From a virus: DNA of 64,000 nucleotides. The number at the start of each line of letters is the position of its first letter. The stretch's first letter is position 1. The DNA lies in the IMG/VR virus record IMGVR_UViG_3300042350_002985; one strand, 5' to 3'. The notes beneath the pieces were generated by a model that was not told where the DNA came from, did no database searches, and was given only the letters and a program-made list of their open reading frames with translations. This document shows positions 10,088 to 20,369 of this stretch, piece after piece. The translations under genes were made by a program, and so were the position numbers.

Positions 10088-10797
10088 CACTTTTTACATA
10101 CACACATTCTAACTGCAAAGATCTTTGGCCAATTTATTTTGATTTGTTGGATAAACATGCCCCAACATTCAAGAGTCTAGTAGCGTCAGACATAACAACG
10201 GATGAATATCCAAAACATAAATTTGTTCGTTATGATGACAACAATTATTGCCAAGAGATCGCAGATATTGTTGAAAAACATGTTGACACAGAATATCTGA
10301 TTTACATGCAGGAAGATTTTTTTCTTTATGATGATGTAAATTTGAATGAACTTGAATATGTAAAAAGTTTTTTGGATGAAACTATCGTATCATGTGCTCG
10401 TCTGATAAAATGCGGTCATGTCACAGATTTGGCAATGAAGGACAAAATATACTGGGTTCAAATACCAGACATGAAGCATGATTCAGTGACGACGGTATCT
10501 TTTCAGCCTACTTTGTGGAAAACAAAGGACTATGTAAATTTATATCGCAACACTCCATATACCAAATTTCAAGAGGGAGTTGAATTTACAAAAACCATGA
10601 ATAGGTTAAATTACTATGCAACTTATTATTACAACAATGAACCTAAAAGAGGAATGATGCACTGGGACTCTTCTATCTTTCCCTATATTGCTACTGCAAT
10701 AGTAAAGGGAAAGTGGAATATTGGTGAATACGAGAAAGAACTAAAACCAATTTTAGATGAATGGAACATCGATGTTAATGTACGAGGTGTTTGTTAA
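10075..10797 (+). CDS. Hypothetical glycosyltransferase-like protein
   Basis: 240 aa; LIYMQEDFFLYDDVNLNELEYV acidic motif; cassette context. Confidence 0.6.
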   Translation: MDNITLFTYTHSNCKDLWPIYFDLLDKHAPTFKSLVASDITTDEYPKHKFVRYDDNNYCQEIADIVEKHVDTEYLIYMQEDFFLYDDVNLNELEYVKSFLDETIVSCARLIKCGHVTDLAMKDKIYWVQIPDMKHDSVTTVSFQPTLWKTKDYVNLYRNTPYTKFQEGVEFTKTMNRLNYYATYYYNNEPKRGMMHWDSSIFPYIATAIVKGKWNIGEYEKELKPILDEWNIDVNVRGVC

Positions 10798-11457
10798 ATG
10801 ATACCAAAAATTATACATCTTGTGTGGTTTGGAGGAGTTAGACCAAAATTTTTTGATTATTGTGTAGAAACTATAAAAAATGTTAATAATGACTATGAAA
10901 TAAAAGAATGGAATGACAACAATATAGATTTTCCTCTAATAAATAAAAAATTGTTTGATGAAACTGAAAATTATGGTTCTAAATCTGATATTTTTAGAAT
11001 AGAAGTTTTAAACCGTTATGGTGGAATCTATATGGATTATGATTTTATTCAACTTAAAAAATATGATGATTTGTTGAATTATAATTTTTTTGCTAGTGGT
11101 GGAAATTATCCAGAAGTATGGAATGGGCTAATAGGATCCATACCAAATCATCCCATTTGTATTGATTACATAGAAGGCTTAAAAAATAGTAGTCCAGTTT
11201 TAAATTCTTTCAATCCAATTCAAAGTACAATGGAAAAAACTGGACCATATTATTTTACAAAAATTTTTAATAAACACTCCCATTTAGATAAAGTTGTTTA
11301 TTTGGACAAACGTTTGTTTTATATGTTTGATCCAGACCACAGGCATGGAATATCAGAATTAAATGAACAAACAATTAATTTTATAAAATCTTTTGCTGTT
11401 CCAGAAAGCATCAATGTTCATTTTCACGCTTGTTCTTGGCAAAAGACATTAATATGA
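10798..11457 (+). CDS. Glycosyltransferase, OCH1/GT32-like
   Basis: MIPKIIHLVWFGG; SDIFRIEVLNRYGGIYMDYDF. Confidence 0.88.
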   Translation: MIPKIIHLVWFGGVRPKFFDYCVETIKNVNNDYEIKEWNDNNIDFPLINKKLFDETENYGSKSDIFRIEVLNRYGGIYMDYDFIQLKKYDDLLNYNFFASGGNYPEVWNGLIGSIPNHPICIDYIEGLKNSSPVLNSFNPIQSTMEKTGPYYFTKIFNKHSHLDKVVYLDKRLFYMFDPDHRHGISELNEQTINFIKSFAVPESINVHFHACSWQKTLI

Positions 11458-12224
11458 ATTATATTCAAGGTGAAAAATTTATATCATTAGCAAATAATAA
11501 ATCCATTTATTATTTTGACACTAATGAAGTTGATTGTTTTTTTGAAAATTATACAGGCTCAAGCAAGTTTATACTAATTTCTCATAATGGAGACGGTGCT
11601 GTTGCTTCAGAAAAAATTCGTTATGATGGGGCCTCTTTAAACAAAGCCCCAAAAACTTTAGTTAAATGGTTTGCTCAAAATGTTCATGTAAATGATGCAA
11701 GAATTGAATCTTTGCCAATTGGTCTTGAAAATTCAAAATGGTTTCCAGAAATTAAAAAAATAGAAAAAATAAAATCAATAATACATACACAAAAACAAAA
11801 TTTAAATCTTGTTTACGCAAATTTTAATATTGAAACAAACTTAGAACAAAGAAGTCAAGCATACAAAGTCTGCCAAACTTTATCTTACGCAACATCTATT
11901 TTTGGAAAAAATGGATTTGGGTTTGATGAATATTTATATAACATATACAATCATGATTTTGTAGTGTGTCCACCTGGAAACGGAGAAGATACGCACAGGT
12001 TATGGGAAACTTTATATGTTGGATCAATTCCAATTGTTAAAAAATCAATAAACACATTATTCTATTCAGATTTACCTATTTGTTATGTAGACAACTGGGA
12101 ACAACTTGCCGATTATAATTTTTTAATAGAACAAAAAAATATATTAAAATCAAAAACCAATTTAGAGATGCTTGATTTTGATTATTGGAAAAATAAGATA
12201 GTGCAGACAGCAGCAGCATTATGA
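11454..12224 (+). CDS. Exostosin-like glycosyltransferase
   Basis: Likely start at ATG 11454 (track start 11430); FVVCPPGNGEDTHRLWETLYVGSIPIV motif. Confidence 0.7.
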   Translation: MNYIQGEKFISLANNKSIYYFDTNEVDCFFENYTGSSKFILISHNGDGAVASEKIRYDGASLNKAPKTLVKWFAQNVHVNDARIESLPIGLENSKWFPEIKKIEKIKSIIHTQKQNLNLVYANFNIETNLEQRSQAYKVCQTLSYATSIFGKNGFGFDEYLYNIYNHDFVVCPPGNGEDTHRLWETLYVGSIPIVKKSINTLFYSDLPICYVDNWEQLADYNFLIEQKNILKSKTNLEMLDFDYWKNKIVQTAAAL

Positions 12225-12979
12225 AATACTGTTTAACCACATTTTGTAATAAAAATTTTTTATCAAGAACAGAGCAAACTATTGCTGAATTGAGAACTAA
12301 AGGCCAATACAGTGATAAAATCATATTAATGGTTGGCGACGATTTAAAACATTACACTTTAAATGATTCAAATGTTATTGTAAAATATTTTCCTACAATA
12401 GATCGTTCATCAGTTTTACAACGATTAAATGGTATTTCTACATCAGACGGAAGAGATTTCAATAAACCATTTCAATGGCATAAAATATACACTTTTCATC
12501 CATTTTTTAAAGAATGGGATTCTTGTATGTTAATTGATGGGGGTATGCGAATATACAATCCTATTTGGCCAATGATACATTTAGATTGTTCTAAACGGTT
12601 TTTAGCTCATTGTGATGGTTATCCCACTTATGAGTGGAAGTTATCATGTCAATTTGAATCCAATCGTTTTGCAGACTTATATAACGATTTAAGCACAAAC
12701 TACAATTTAGATATTGATTATTTTCAGACAGGAATGTATTATTTTGATACTTCAATATTTGAAGATAACATGATTGAACGTTTATTAGATTTAGGAAATA
12801 CGTATATAAATACAAGAACAAACGAACAAGCGATAATGAATTTAATCATCAATTGTGAAAAAAAATTGTGGTCACAAATTCAATTAAAAGATGACAACAT
12901 TCATTATTATGATTGTATGGAAAGAAATGGATTGCACTGCAGTAATTACATAATGCTAAAAATGCCTCAAACAACATAA
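12221..12979 (+). CDS. Putative glycosyltransferase (GT8-like or unknown)
   Basis: WDSCMLIDGGMRIYNPIWPMI and YFQTGMYYFDTSIF pattern; cassette context. Confidence 0.55.
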   Translation: MKYCLTTFCNKNFLSRTEQTIAELRTKGQYSDKIILMVGDDLKHYTLNDSNVIVKYFPTIDRSSVLQRLNGISTSDGRDFNKPFQWHKIYTFHPFFKEWDSCMLIDGGMRIYNPIWPMIHLDCSKRFLAHCDGYPTYEWKLSCQFESNRFADLYNDLSTNYNLDIDYFQTGMYYFDTSIFEDNMIERLLDLGNTYINTRTNEQAIMNLIINCEKKLWSQIQLKDDNIHYYDCMERNGLHCSNYIMLKMPQTT

Positions 12980-12988
12980 AAAATTAAT

Positions 12989-13612
12989 ATGCAAAAAGAA
13001 TTACTTATAAATTTAGTCGAAACCGCCATAAATAAAAAAACTTCTAATCTAGATGAACGTGTTTTTTCTATTGAAGGATTTTCTGGAAAAAAATTTAAAT
13101 ATTTTTTAAACAATCTTTTGTGTGAAGCAAATGGATTGTCTTATCTAGAAATAGGTGTATGGAAGGGATCTACAACAATAGCTGGATTGTATAATAATAC
13201 TGAAAAATTAAAATATTATCTTATAGATAATTTTTCTGAATTTGGTGGCCCCAAACACGAATTTGAAAATAATTTTAAAACATTCTTACATAAAGAATCA
13301 AACATTATTGATAAAGATTGTTTTAAAATTGATACAAAAAATTATAACATAAAAGATATAGACATTTATTTTTATGATGGCCCACACGAAGAAAATCAAC
13401 ATTATGATGCTTTAACTTATTACTACGACTCAATGAATAGCAATTTTGTTTATATTGTAGATGACTGGAATTGGGAAAAAGTAAGACTTGGAACTTACAG
13501 GGCTATTGAAGATTTAAAGTTAAAAACTAATAAATTAATTGAATATAATACCACTTTTCAAGATTCGGAAACTTGGTGGAATGGCTGTTCTATTTTTGTT
13601 TTTGAAAAATAA
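12989..13612 (+). CDS. Class I SAM-dependent methyltransferase-like protein
   Basis: YLEIGVWKGSTT, YFYDGPHEENQHYDAL, YIVDDWNWE. Confidence 0.7.
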   Translation: MQKELLINLVETAINKKTSNLDERVFSIEGFSGKKFKYFLNNLLCEANGLSYLEIGVWKGSTTIAGLYNNTEKLKYYLIDNFSEFGGPKHEFENNFKTFLHKESNIIDKDCFKIDTKNYNIKDIDIYFYDGPHEENQHYDALTYYYDSMNSNFVYIVDDWNWEKVRLGTYRAIEDLKLKTNKLIEYNTTFQDSETWWNGCSIFVFEK

Positions 13613-13617
13613 ACAAT

Positions 13618-14286
13618 ATGGTATTAACACTTAAACAAATTCCAATTTACGTAGTTCATTACAAAAAAGCAACTCATAGGAAAGAATATCTTACTAATTG
13701 GTCTAATAAAAATAATCTACAATTACACTGGGTAGAAGATCCTCAAAGAGAAGATCTCACTGAAGAATTAATAAACACGTATTATAGTGAAAATTTAATT
13801 CAACCTGAGTGGTCAAAGTATCCTACTTTAAATAGAAGACTTTCTTTGGGAGAAATTGCTTGTGGGATTTCTCATTTAAAAGTTTATCAAGATTGTTTAG
13901 AAAAAAATTACGATCATATAATAATTTTAGAAGATGATTGTCAATTTCCAAATAATTTTATTGAATTGTTTGACACACTATTCAAAAATTGTCCAGACGA
14001 TTATGATATAATTTCTTTGGGAAGTTGTCTTAATTTACGTCACGAACATGCTAATGATAAACAACAATTTTTAAAAAAAATACCACCTGTAGGAAGATGT
14101 GGTTACTCTCAAGTTCTTTCTAAATCGGCATGCAAAAAAATAATTGAACGATCAATTCCATTTAATTATCCAATTGATTGGCAAGTCTATGTACTCTCAT
14201 CCGATCACAAGACAGATCCTTTAAATATGTATTGGATAGAGCCTCCTCTAACTATTGATGGCGGTACAACTTCCTCAACAATGTGA
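13618..14286 (+). CDS. Glycosyltransferase family 25 (LPS biosynthesis-like)
   Basis: LSLGEIACGISHLKVYQDCLEKNYDHIIILEDDCQF. Confidence 0.88.
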   Translation: MVLTLKQIPIYVVHYKKATHRKEYLTNWSNKNNLQLHWVEDPQREDLTEELINTYYSENLIQPEWSKYPTLNRRLSLGEIACGISHLKVYQDCLEKNYDHIIILEDDCQFPNNFIELFDTLFKNCPDDYDIISLGSCLNLRHEHANDKQQFLKKIPPVGRCGYSQVLSKSACKKIIERSIPFNYPIDWQVYVLSSDHKTDPLNMYWIEPPLTIDGGTTSSTM

Positions 14287-14295
14287 AAGTAATAT

Positions 14296-14883
14296 ATGAC
14301 AAAATATAATATTGATAATTTAATTGACGAAACTTTACATGGATCTATAGATTCTAGCCAACATTTGATAACTTTATACGCTCTTTGTTTGAGTTTAAGA
14401 GCTAAAAATATTTTAGAATTAGGTGTTCGGGAGGGACATTCCACCAGAGCATTAGTCGCAGCAGCAAAACATTTAAATACTAAAGTTGATTGTGTTGATA
14501 TTAAAAAACAAAATCATAGTTTATTGGTGGGTTATGAAAATGAATTTAATTTTATAGAATCAGATGCTCTATTATTTTTAAAAAATTGTAATACGATATA
14601 TGATTTTGTTTTTGTGGATGACTGGCATGAAGAACAGCATGTTTATCAAGAATTGTCATATTTAAAAAATTTAGTTAATATTAATGGTTTAATTGTATTG
14701 CACGATTTGATGCATTCCTATAGCCACCCTCATTATAACAAAACTGTTTATCCGGCTGGACATGAATTTGGTGGAATGGGTCCATATGGAGCAGTTACTA
14801 AATTTGTAGAAGAAAATAAAAATTATGAATATGTTACTATTCCAGTAAATCATGGATTAACTATTTTAAGAAAAATATCATGA
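14296..14883 (+). CDS. Class I SAM-dependent methyltransferase
   Basis: NILELGVREGHSTRALVAAAKHL...VDIKK..FVFVDDWHEEQHVYQEL. Confidence 0.82.
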   Translation: MTKYNIDNLIDETLHGSIDSSQHLITLYALCLSLRAKNILELGVREGHSTRALVAAAKHLNTKVDCVDIKKQNHSLLVGYENEFNFIESDALLFLKNCNTIYDFVFVDDWHEEQHVYQELSYLKNLVNINGLIVLHDLMHSYSHPHYNKTVYPAGHEFGGMGPYGAVTKFVEENKNYEYVTIPVNHGLTILRKIS

Positions 14884-15716
14884 AACATTTAATTTTAGGG
14901 TCATCCGGACAGATAGGGTCACATCTCGTTCCTTATCTTCAAGAAAAAAATATTGAATCTATTGAATTTGATCTAATACGAACAAAATATGAAGATTTAA
15001 GAATAAACAATAATACTTTATTAGAAAAATACATTGATGAGTGTGATTTTGTATATTTTTTAGCGTTTGATGTTGGTGGTTCAAGATACTTGCAAACCTA
15101 TCAAAACACATATACATTTATAGAAAATAATGTTAAATTAATGGATCAAACGTTTGGTTTATTACACAAATATAATAAACCTTTTATTTTTACATCGTCT
15201 CAAATGTCCAATATGGATTATTCTCCCTATGGAACACTAAAAAGATTGGGAGAATATTATACTAACACTTTAAATGGATTGATTGTAAAATTTTGGAATG
15301 TTTATGGTATTGAGCATGATGAAAACAAATCACATGTTATAACAGATTTTATTAAAAAGGCCCTCACACATAGAAAAATAAACATGCTAACTGATGGGTC
15401 TGAAGAAAGACAATTTTTGTATGCTGATGATTGTTCAGAATGTCTATTCACTTTATCTCAAAAAATGAAAGAATTGGATAAATCAAAAGAATACCACATA
15501 ACAAATTTTAAATGGTCAAAAATTATTGATGTTGCAAAATTTATACAAAAAAATATAGAATGTGAAATTATACCAGCACAGACAAAAGATTCAGTGCAAC
15601 TTAATAAAAAAAATGAACCAAATGAACACATATTAAATTATTGGAAACCAAAAACAACTTTGGAAGCTGGTATAAATAAAATGTGTTTATATTATAAAAA
15701 ATTACATAAGGATTAA
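14880..15716 (+). CDS. NAD-dependent epimerase/dehydratase (extended SDR)
   Basis: LILGSSGQIGSHLVPYL Rossmann motif, YGTLKRLGE (YxxxK). Confidence 0.85.
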   Translation: MKHLILGSSGQIGSHLVPYLQEKNIESIEFDLIRTKYEDLRINNNTLLEKYIDECDFVYFLAFDVGGSRYLQTYQNTYTFIENNVKLMDQTFGLLHKYNKPFIFTSSQMSNMDYSPYGTLKRLGEYYTNTLNGLIVKFWNVYGIEHDENKSHVITDFIKKALTHRKINMLTDGSEERQFLYADDCSECLFTLSQKMKELDKSKEYHITNFKWSKIIDVAKFIQKNIECEIIPAQTKDSVQLNKKNEPNEHILNYWKPKTTLEAGINKMCLYYKKLHKD

Positions 15717-15717
15717 A

Positions 15718-16683
15718 ATGAAAAAAGCTCTTGTTCTCGGTGCAGGTGGTTTTATTGGCGGTCATCTAGTTACTCGTCTAAAGAATGAAGGTTATTGGGT
15801 TCGTGGTGTTGACATAAAAGAACATGAACATAAAAAAACAGATGCCGATGAATTTTTTCTGTTGGATCTTAGAGTTCAAGAAAATGTAGCAAAATCATTA
15901 GTACTTTCAGACAATTCTGAATTTGATGAGATATATCAATTAGCAGCAGATATGGGTGGTGCTGGTTATATTTTTACTGGAGACCACGATGCTGATGTTA
16001 TGCACAATTCAGCATTGATTAATCTGCATGTTGCACAAGAGGCAATAAAATGTACTAAATTGCCTAAAGTTTTTTATTCATCTTCGGCTTGCATGTATCC
16101 AGAATACAATCAATTAGACCCAGATAATCCAAAGTGTTCTGAGGAATCCGCCTATCCAGCAGCCCCAGACAGTGAATATGGATGGGAAAAATTGTTTAGC
16201 GAGAGAGTTTATTTGGCTTATAATAGAAATTATGGTTTACCTGTAAGAATTGGAAGATTTCATAATATTTTTGGTCCTTATGGATCTTGGAACAATGGAA
16301 AAGAAAAAGCTCCAGCTGCAATATGCCGAAAAGTGGCATTTGCAAAAGATCAAATTGAAATATGGGGAGATGGCAAACAAACAAGATCATTTTTGTATAT
16401 TGATGAATGTGTTGAGTGTGTAAGAAGATTTATGAACTCGGATTTTATTGGGCCAATGAATATTGGGTCTGAATATATGATTTCAATTAATGAATTGGCA
16501 CAATTAGCCATGAAGATTGCAGATAAAAAACTAGTAATCAAAAATATAAAAGGACCACAGGGAGTGCGTGGAAGAAATTCTGATAATACACTCATGAAAA
16601 TTAATTTAAATTGGGAGCCATCACAACCACTTTCAATAGGGTTGAAGAAAACATATGATTGGATTTTTAGTTTAAAATCTTGA
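15718..16683 (+). CDS. NAD-dependent epimerase, GDP-mannose 3,5-epimerase-like
   Basis: VLGAGGFIGGHLV; LAADMGGAGYIF; YGWEKLFSERVY; overall similar to GME-type SDRs. Confidence 0.8.
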   Translation: MKKALVLGAGGFIGGHLVTRLKNEGYWVRGVDIKEHEHKKTDADEFFLLDLRVQENVAKSLVLSDNSEFDEIYQLAADMGGAGYIFTGDHDADVMHNSALINLHVAQEAIKCTKLPKVFYSSSACMYPEYNQLDPDNPKCSEESAYPAAPDSEYGWEKLFSERVYLAYNRNYGLPVRIGRFHNIFGPYGSWNNGKEKAPAAICRKVAFAKDQIEIWGDGKQTRSFLYIDECVECVRRFMNSDFIGPMNIGSEYMISINELAQLAMKIADKKLVIKNIKGPQGVRGRNSDNTLMKINLNWEPSQPLSIGLKKTYDWIFSLKS

Positions 16684-16707
16684 CAAAACACAGATTAGTT
16701 ATATAAT
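16680..16707 (+). promoter_or_regulatory. Sigma70-like promoter directly upstream of gene 55 homologue
   Basis: TTGACA-16 nt-TATAAT, 6 nt before GTG start. Confidence 0.7.
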
Positions 16708-16713
16708 TTACAT

Positions 16714-17283
16714 GTGAAAAAAGTCAAAAAGAAAAAAGCCAAACCATCTGATGCTGATTATGTGGACAATCAGCAGCTTTACGATGCCTTGGTGGAATAC
16801 AAAAAGAAGTGCAAGGACGCAGACAATTCTGGAAGAAAAAAACCAAAGTTACCAGATTACATTGGTGAGTGTGTGCTGAAGATAGCAAGTCGATTGTCAT
16901 ACAGACCAAACTTTGCAAACTATCCATACAGAGACGAGATGGTATCAGATGCGGTGTTAAACTGCGTAACATACATCGATAATTTTGATCCTAAACTTTC
17001 AACCAGCCCATTTGGTTATCTAACCCAAATATGCTGGTTTTCTTTTGTTCGTATCATCAACAAGGAAAAGAAAGAAAAGTATGTTCAGTACAAGTTTGCA
17101 GAACAACAGAACAACAAAGACTTTCAAAACTGGTTCAATGAAACCTATGCAGGGATGGACATCGGCAGACGAGACTTCTTTGGTCTGACTGATTCTGACA
17201 TGGAACGCTTTGACGAGATGTGTCAGCCCAAGAAGACAAAGAGAAAAAAGCGAAAGCCAAAGCCAGATCCATTTGATCTATGA
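16714..17283 (+). CDS. gp55: Late-transcription sigma factor (T4 gp55-like), GTG start
   Basis: PYRDEMVSDAVLNCVTYIDNFDP...NPFGYLTQICWFSFVRIINKEKKEKYVQYKF (region 2-like; sequence reads SPFGYLTQ). Confidence 0.9.
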   Translation: MKKVKKKKAKPSDADYVDNQQLYDALVEYKKKCKDADNSGRKKPKLPDYIGECVLKIASRLSYRPNFANYPYRDEMVSDAVLNCVTYIDNFDPKLSTSPFGYLTQICWFSFVRIINKEKKEKYVQYKFAEQQNNKDFQNWFNETYAGMDIGRRDFFGLTDSDMERFDEMCQPKKTKRKKRKPKPDPFDL

Positions 17284-18326
17284 AAGCAGTAATTCTTAAC
17301 GACACTCACTTTGGGTTCAAGAATGATTCGTGCATAGTTCTTGATTACTTTCTTGAGTTCTTCACGGAACAGTTGTTTCCATACATGAAGGAACACAACA
17401 TCAAGACTATCTTCCATCTAGGAGATCTTTTTGACAGGAGAAAATATGTCAATTTTAAGACGCTTCACAGAGTTCAAAAAGAGTTTTTTGACCCACTACT
17501 TGAGATGGGTATCAAAGTCCACATCATCTGTGGAAATCACGACACCTATTATCGTAACACCAATTCCATCAACTCTCTGCAGGAACTCGCTGGACATTAT
17601 TCGAATTGGTCAGTGTATTCAGAGCCGACCAATGTACATCTTTCCTGCGGTTGTGTCGCGTTGCTCCCGTGGATAAACCCGGAGAATGAAGATCAATCAG
17701 CAAAGTTTCTTGCAGACAACACATGTTCGGTTTTGCTGGGCCATCTTGAACTTTTTGGCTTTCAGAGCATCCGTGGAGTATTCATAGAGCAAGGTTATGA
17801 CCCCAAGCATTTCGATAAGTTTGAGTACGTTCTTACTGGGCATTATCACATTAAGTCTAGCCGTGACAATATTCATTATCTCGGAACGCAATACCAAATG
17901 GGCTTTTCTGACGTTTGGGAAGAAAAGGGGTTCCATGTCTTCGACTTTCAGGATCGTACTCTTACATTTGTTAAGAATACCAGAAAGTTATTCCATACGA
18001 TTGATTATGACGAAGACAACAAAGAAAAACTAGATCATTCCCAGTTCAAGGATTGTTATGTAAAAATTTTTGTAAAAAACAAGACAAAGCCTGTACTATT
18101 TGAAAAATATCTAGACAAGTTCTATGACGCTGGTGTTGCAGAGTTGGTAGTTGCAGAAGAAATGTCTGCAAATCCGGAGTTGGTTGCGGTAGACATTCAC
18201 AAAGATACTTTGCAACTTCTGCACGAAGAAATAGAAACAATTAACGAGAAGTCAATTCAAAAACCTTTGCTTGCCGAAATCATAAATGCAGCTTACAATA
18301 ATGCATTGTCCAAGGAAGAAGAATGA
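17280..18326 (+). CDS. gp47: Recombination endonuclease subunit gp47-like (Mre11-type)
   Basis: LNDTHFGFKNDS, HLGDLFDRR, ICGNHDTYYRN metallophosphatase motifs. Confidence 0.93.
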   Translation: MKAVILNDTHFGFKNDSCIVLDYFLEFFTEQLFPYMKEHNIKTIFHLGDLFDRRKYVNFKTLHRVQKEFFDPLLEMGIKVHIICGNHDTYYRNTNSINSLQELAGHYSNWSVYSEPTNVHLSCGCVALLPWINPENEDQSAKFLADNTCSVLLGHLELFGFQSIRGVFIEQGYDPKHFDKFEYVLTGHYHIKSSRDNIHYLGTQYQMGFSDVWEEKGFHVFDFQDRTLTFVKNTRKLFHTIDYDEDNKEKLDHSQFKDCYVKIFVKNKTKPVLFEKYLDKFYDAGVAELVVAEEMSANPELVAVDIHKDTLQLLHEEIETINEKSIQKPLLAEIINAAYNNALSKEEE

Positions 18327-20044
18327 TAGAATTTGTATCAGTAAAGTTTAAAAACTTTGGGTCATTCGGAAACAATTATTCCGAGATCAAACTCAACAAT
18401 AATAAGACAACCTTGGTCACGGGGACAAATGGAAACGGAAAGTCATTTGCTCTTCTGGATTCCTTGTGCTTCGGATTGTTCGGAAAGCCATTCCGCCCAA
18501 TCAATATCCCTCAGTTGGTGAATTCGGTCAACAATCGCCATTGCATGGTGGAGATTGAATTCAAGCGATCAGGATCGACATACATCGTCAAGAGAGGTCT
18601 CAGCCCAAAGATATTTGAGATTTACAAAGATGGTGAGATGCTTGATCAGCATGCCAAGTCAAAAGATTACCAAGAACACTTTGAGGAACAGATTCTTGGA
18701 TTTGACTACGCCGCATTCAAGCAAGTCGTAATTCTAGGCAAGTCAAACTTCATTCCATTCATGCAGTTGACACCCAACGAAAGAAGAAAGATCATTGAAG
18801 GTCTTTTGGATCTTGACATTTTGGCTGACATGAATGTGTATGTTCGGGGTGAACTCTCTAAACTCAAGACTGAGATATCAGAAGAAGAAAGTTTTGTAAA
18901 AATTGCTCATGAAAAAGTAAAGTCTTTAAATGAGCTAAAAACCCAAATTGACAATACAAAAATTTTAGAACTAAAAGAGCATCAGGATAAAATTGTTGAA
19001 TTTAAGAAGTTTGCAAAAAACGAAGAATCTTTCATTACTAATACACTAGAAGATCTTTCAAAATTAGAAAAAGCAAAGAAAGAACTCAGTTCTAAAATCC
19101 ATTCTATGGCAGGGGTTCCCACAATGCACTCCAAGGCATTAGAACTCCAAGAAACTCTTATAGAGCAAATAAACACTTTGGAAAGGGATCCAAAATGCAC
19201 TTGCTGTGGCCAAACTTTGCCAGAAGAGGCCAGAGAGAAGCATTTGGAGGAAAAAAGACAAAAATTGGTAACTTGTAAAAAATCTTTACAAGTTGGGGAT
19301 AAAAAATTAAAAGAACTTGAAACTTTAAACAATGAATTAGAAATTTTAAATAAAAAAATACTAGACACCACAGTTCTTTGTGCACAAGCGGATATCCGTA
19401 AAAATAACATTAATGCCGAAATAAATTCACTAACTCAAAAAGTTGCTAAAATAAAGAAAACAACAAGTGAATCTGAAATCAATACCAAGATCGAAGAAGC
19501 GATTGCAGAAAAGGACAAGCATGCAAAGGCTTTGGAAAATGCCATCAATAAACAGATTCATCACGATGTTGTTTACGACATTCTCAAGGATGGTGGACTT
19601 AAGAGTCGTATTATCAAACATTATGTTCCCATCATCAATGGACTCGTCAACAAGTTCCTCGGAAAACTTAATCTCTATGTTGACTTCAACATCGATGAGG
19701 AATTCAAGGAAACAATCAAATCACGATACCGAGATGCATTCTCATATTCCTCTTTCTCTGAGGGTGAAAAACAGCGTATCGATTTGGCCATTCTCTTGAC
19801 TTGGCGAGAGATTGCAAAGATGAAGAACAGCCTAAATTGCAATCTGCTGATCTTTGACGAGATTCTTGATTCTTCCCTGGATTCAACTGGAACTGAATCG
19901 TTCTTAAAGTTATTGAACAAAATGAAAAGCAAATGTTCTATATTCATCATTAGTCACAAGGCAGATGCATTGACGGACAAATTTGACCAACAGATGCAAT
20001 TTGAAAAGAAGAACAACTTCTCAAGAATCAAGGCTCAAGTATAA
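18323..20044 (+). CDS. gp46: Recombination endonuclease subunit gp46-like (Rad50/SbcC-type)
   Basis: VTGTNGNGKSFALLDSL Walker A, CTCCGQTL zinc hook, FSEGEKQRIDLAILLTW signature, LLIFDEILDSSLD Walker B. Confidence 0.95.
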   Translation: MIEFVSVKFKNFGSFGNNYSEIKLNNNKTTLVTGTNGNGKSFALLDSLCFGLFGKPFRPINIPQLVNSVNNRHCMVEIEFKRSGSTYIVKRGLSPKIFEIYKDGEMLDQHAKSKDYQEHFEEQILGFDYAAFKQVVILGKSNFIPFMQLTPNERRKIIEGLLDLDILADMNVYVRGELSKLKTEISEEESFVKIAHEKVKSLNELKTQIDNTKILELKEHQDKIVEFKKFAKNEESFITNTLEDLSKLEKAKKELSSKIHSMAGVPTMHSKALELQETLIEQINTLERDPKCTCCGQTLPEEAREKHLEEKRQKLVTCKKSLQVGDKKLKELETLNNELEILNKKILDTTVLCAQADIRKNNINAEINSLTQKVAKIKKTTSESEINTKIEEAIAEKDKHAKALENAINKQIHHDVVYDILKDGGLKSRIIKHYVPIINGLVNKFLGKLNLYVDFNIDEEFKETIKSRYRDAFSYSSFSEGEKQRIDLAILLTWREIAKMKNSLNCNLLIFDEILDSSLDSTGTESFLKLLNKMKSKCSIFIISHKADALTDKFDQQMQFEKKNNFSRIKAQV

Positions 20045-20047
20045 ATA
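20040..20047 (+). promoter_or_regulatory. Late promoter octamer TATAAATA
   Basis: Exact octamer 7 nt before ATG 20055. Confidence 0.75.
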
Positions 20048-20054
20048 TTACTGA

Positions 20055-20339
20055 ATGTTCAAGGGAAACTTTCAATTAAAAAATTCTGCAGGAAAGCCCA
20101 TTACATATGGTAATGGTGATGTAGTGATATATCAAGGAAAGATGTATCAATGTACAACTGAAACACAAAAAACACCTTTTCAAGCACCACTTAGTTGGAA
20201 ATTTGCGGGTGTTACTGAAATGGTTCAATCTAGTGATCCACCGTTGAATCCAAAAGTTGGTCAAATGTGGGGATCTTCCGATGGAAAATTTTATGTTTGG
20301 TTTGAGGATCCAAATGGTTCTCAATGGATTGAAACTTGA
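20055..20339 (+). CDS. Hypothetical small virion/carbohydrate-binding-like protein
   Basis: 94 aa; NGDVVIYQGKMYQCT pattern similar to chitin-binding-like domains; preceded by late promoter. Confidence 0.65.
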   Translation: MFKGNFQLKNSAGKPITYGNGDVVIYQGKMYQCTTETQKTPFQAPLSWKFAGVTEMVQSSDPPLNPKVGQMWGSSDGKFYVWFEDPNGSQWIET

Positions 20340-20369
20340 TTTGCAAAAAGTAGGAGTTATAATATCACC

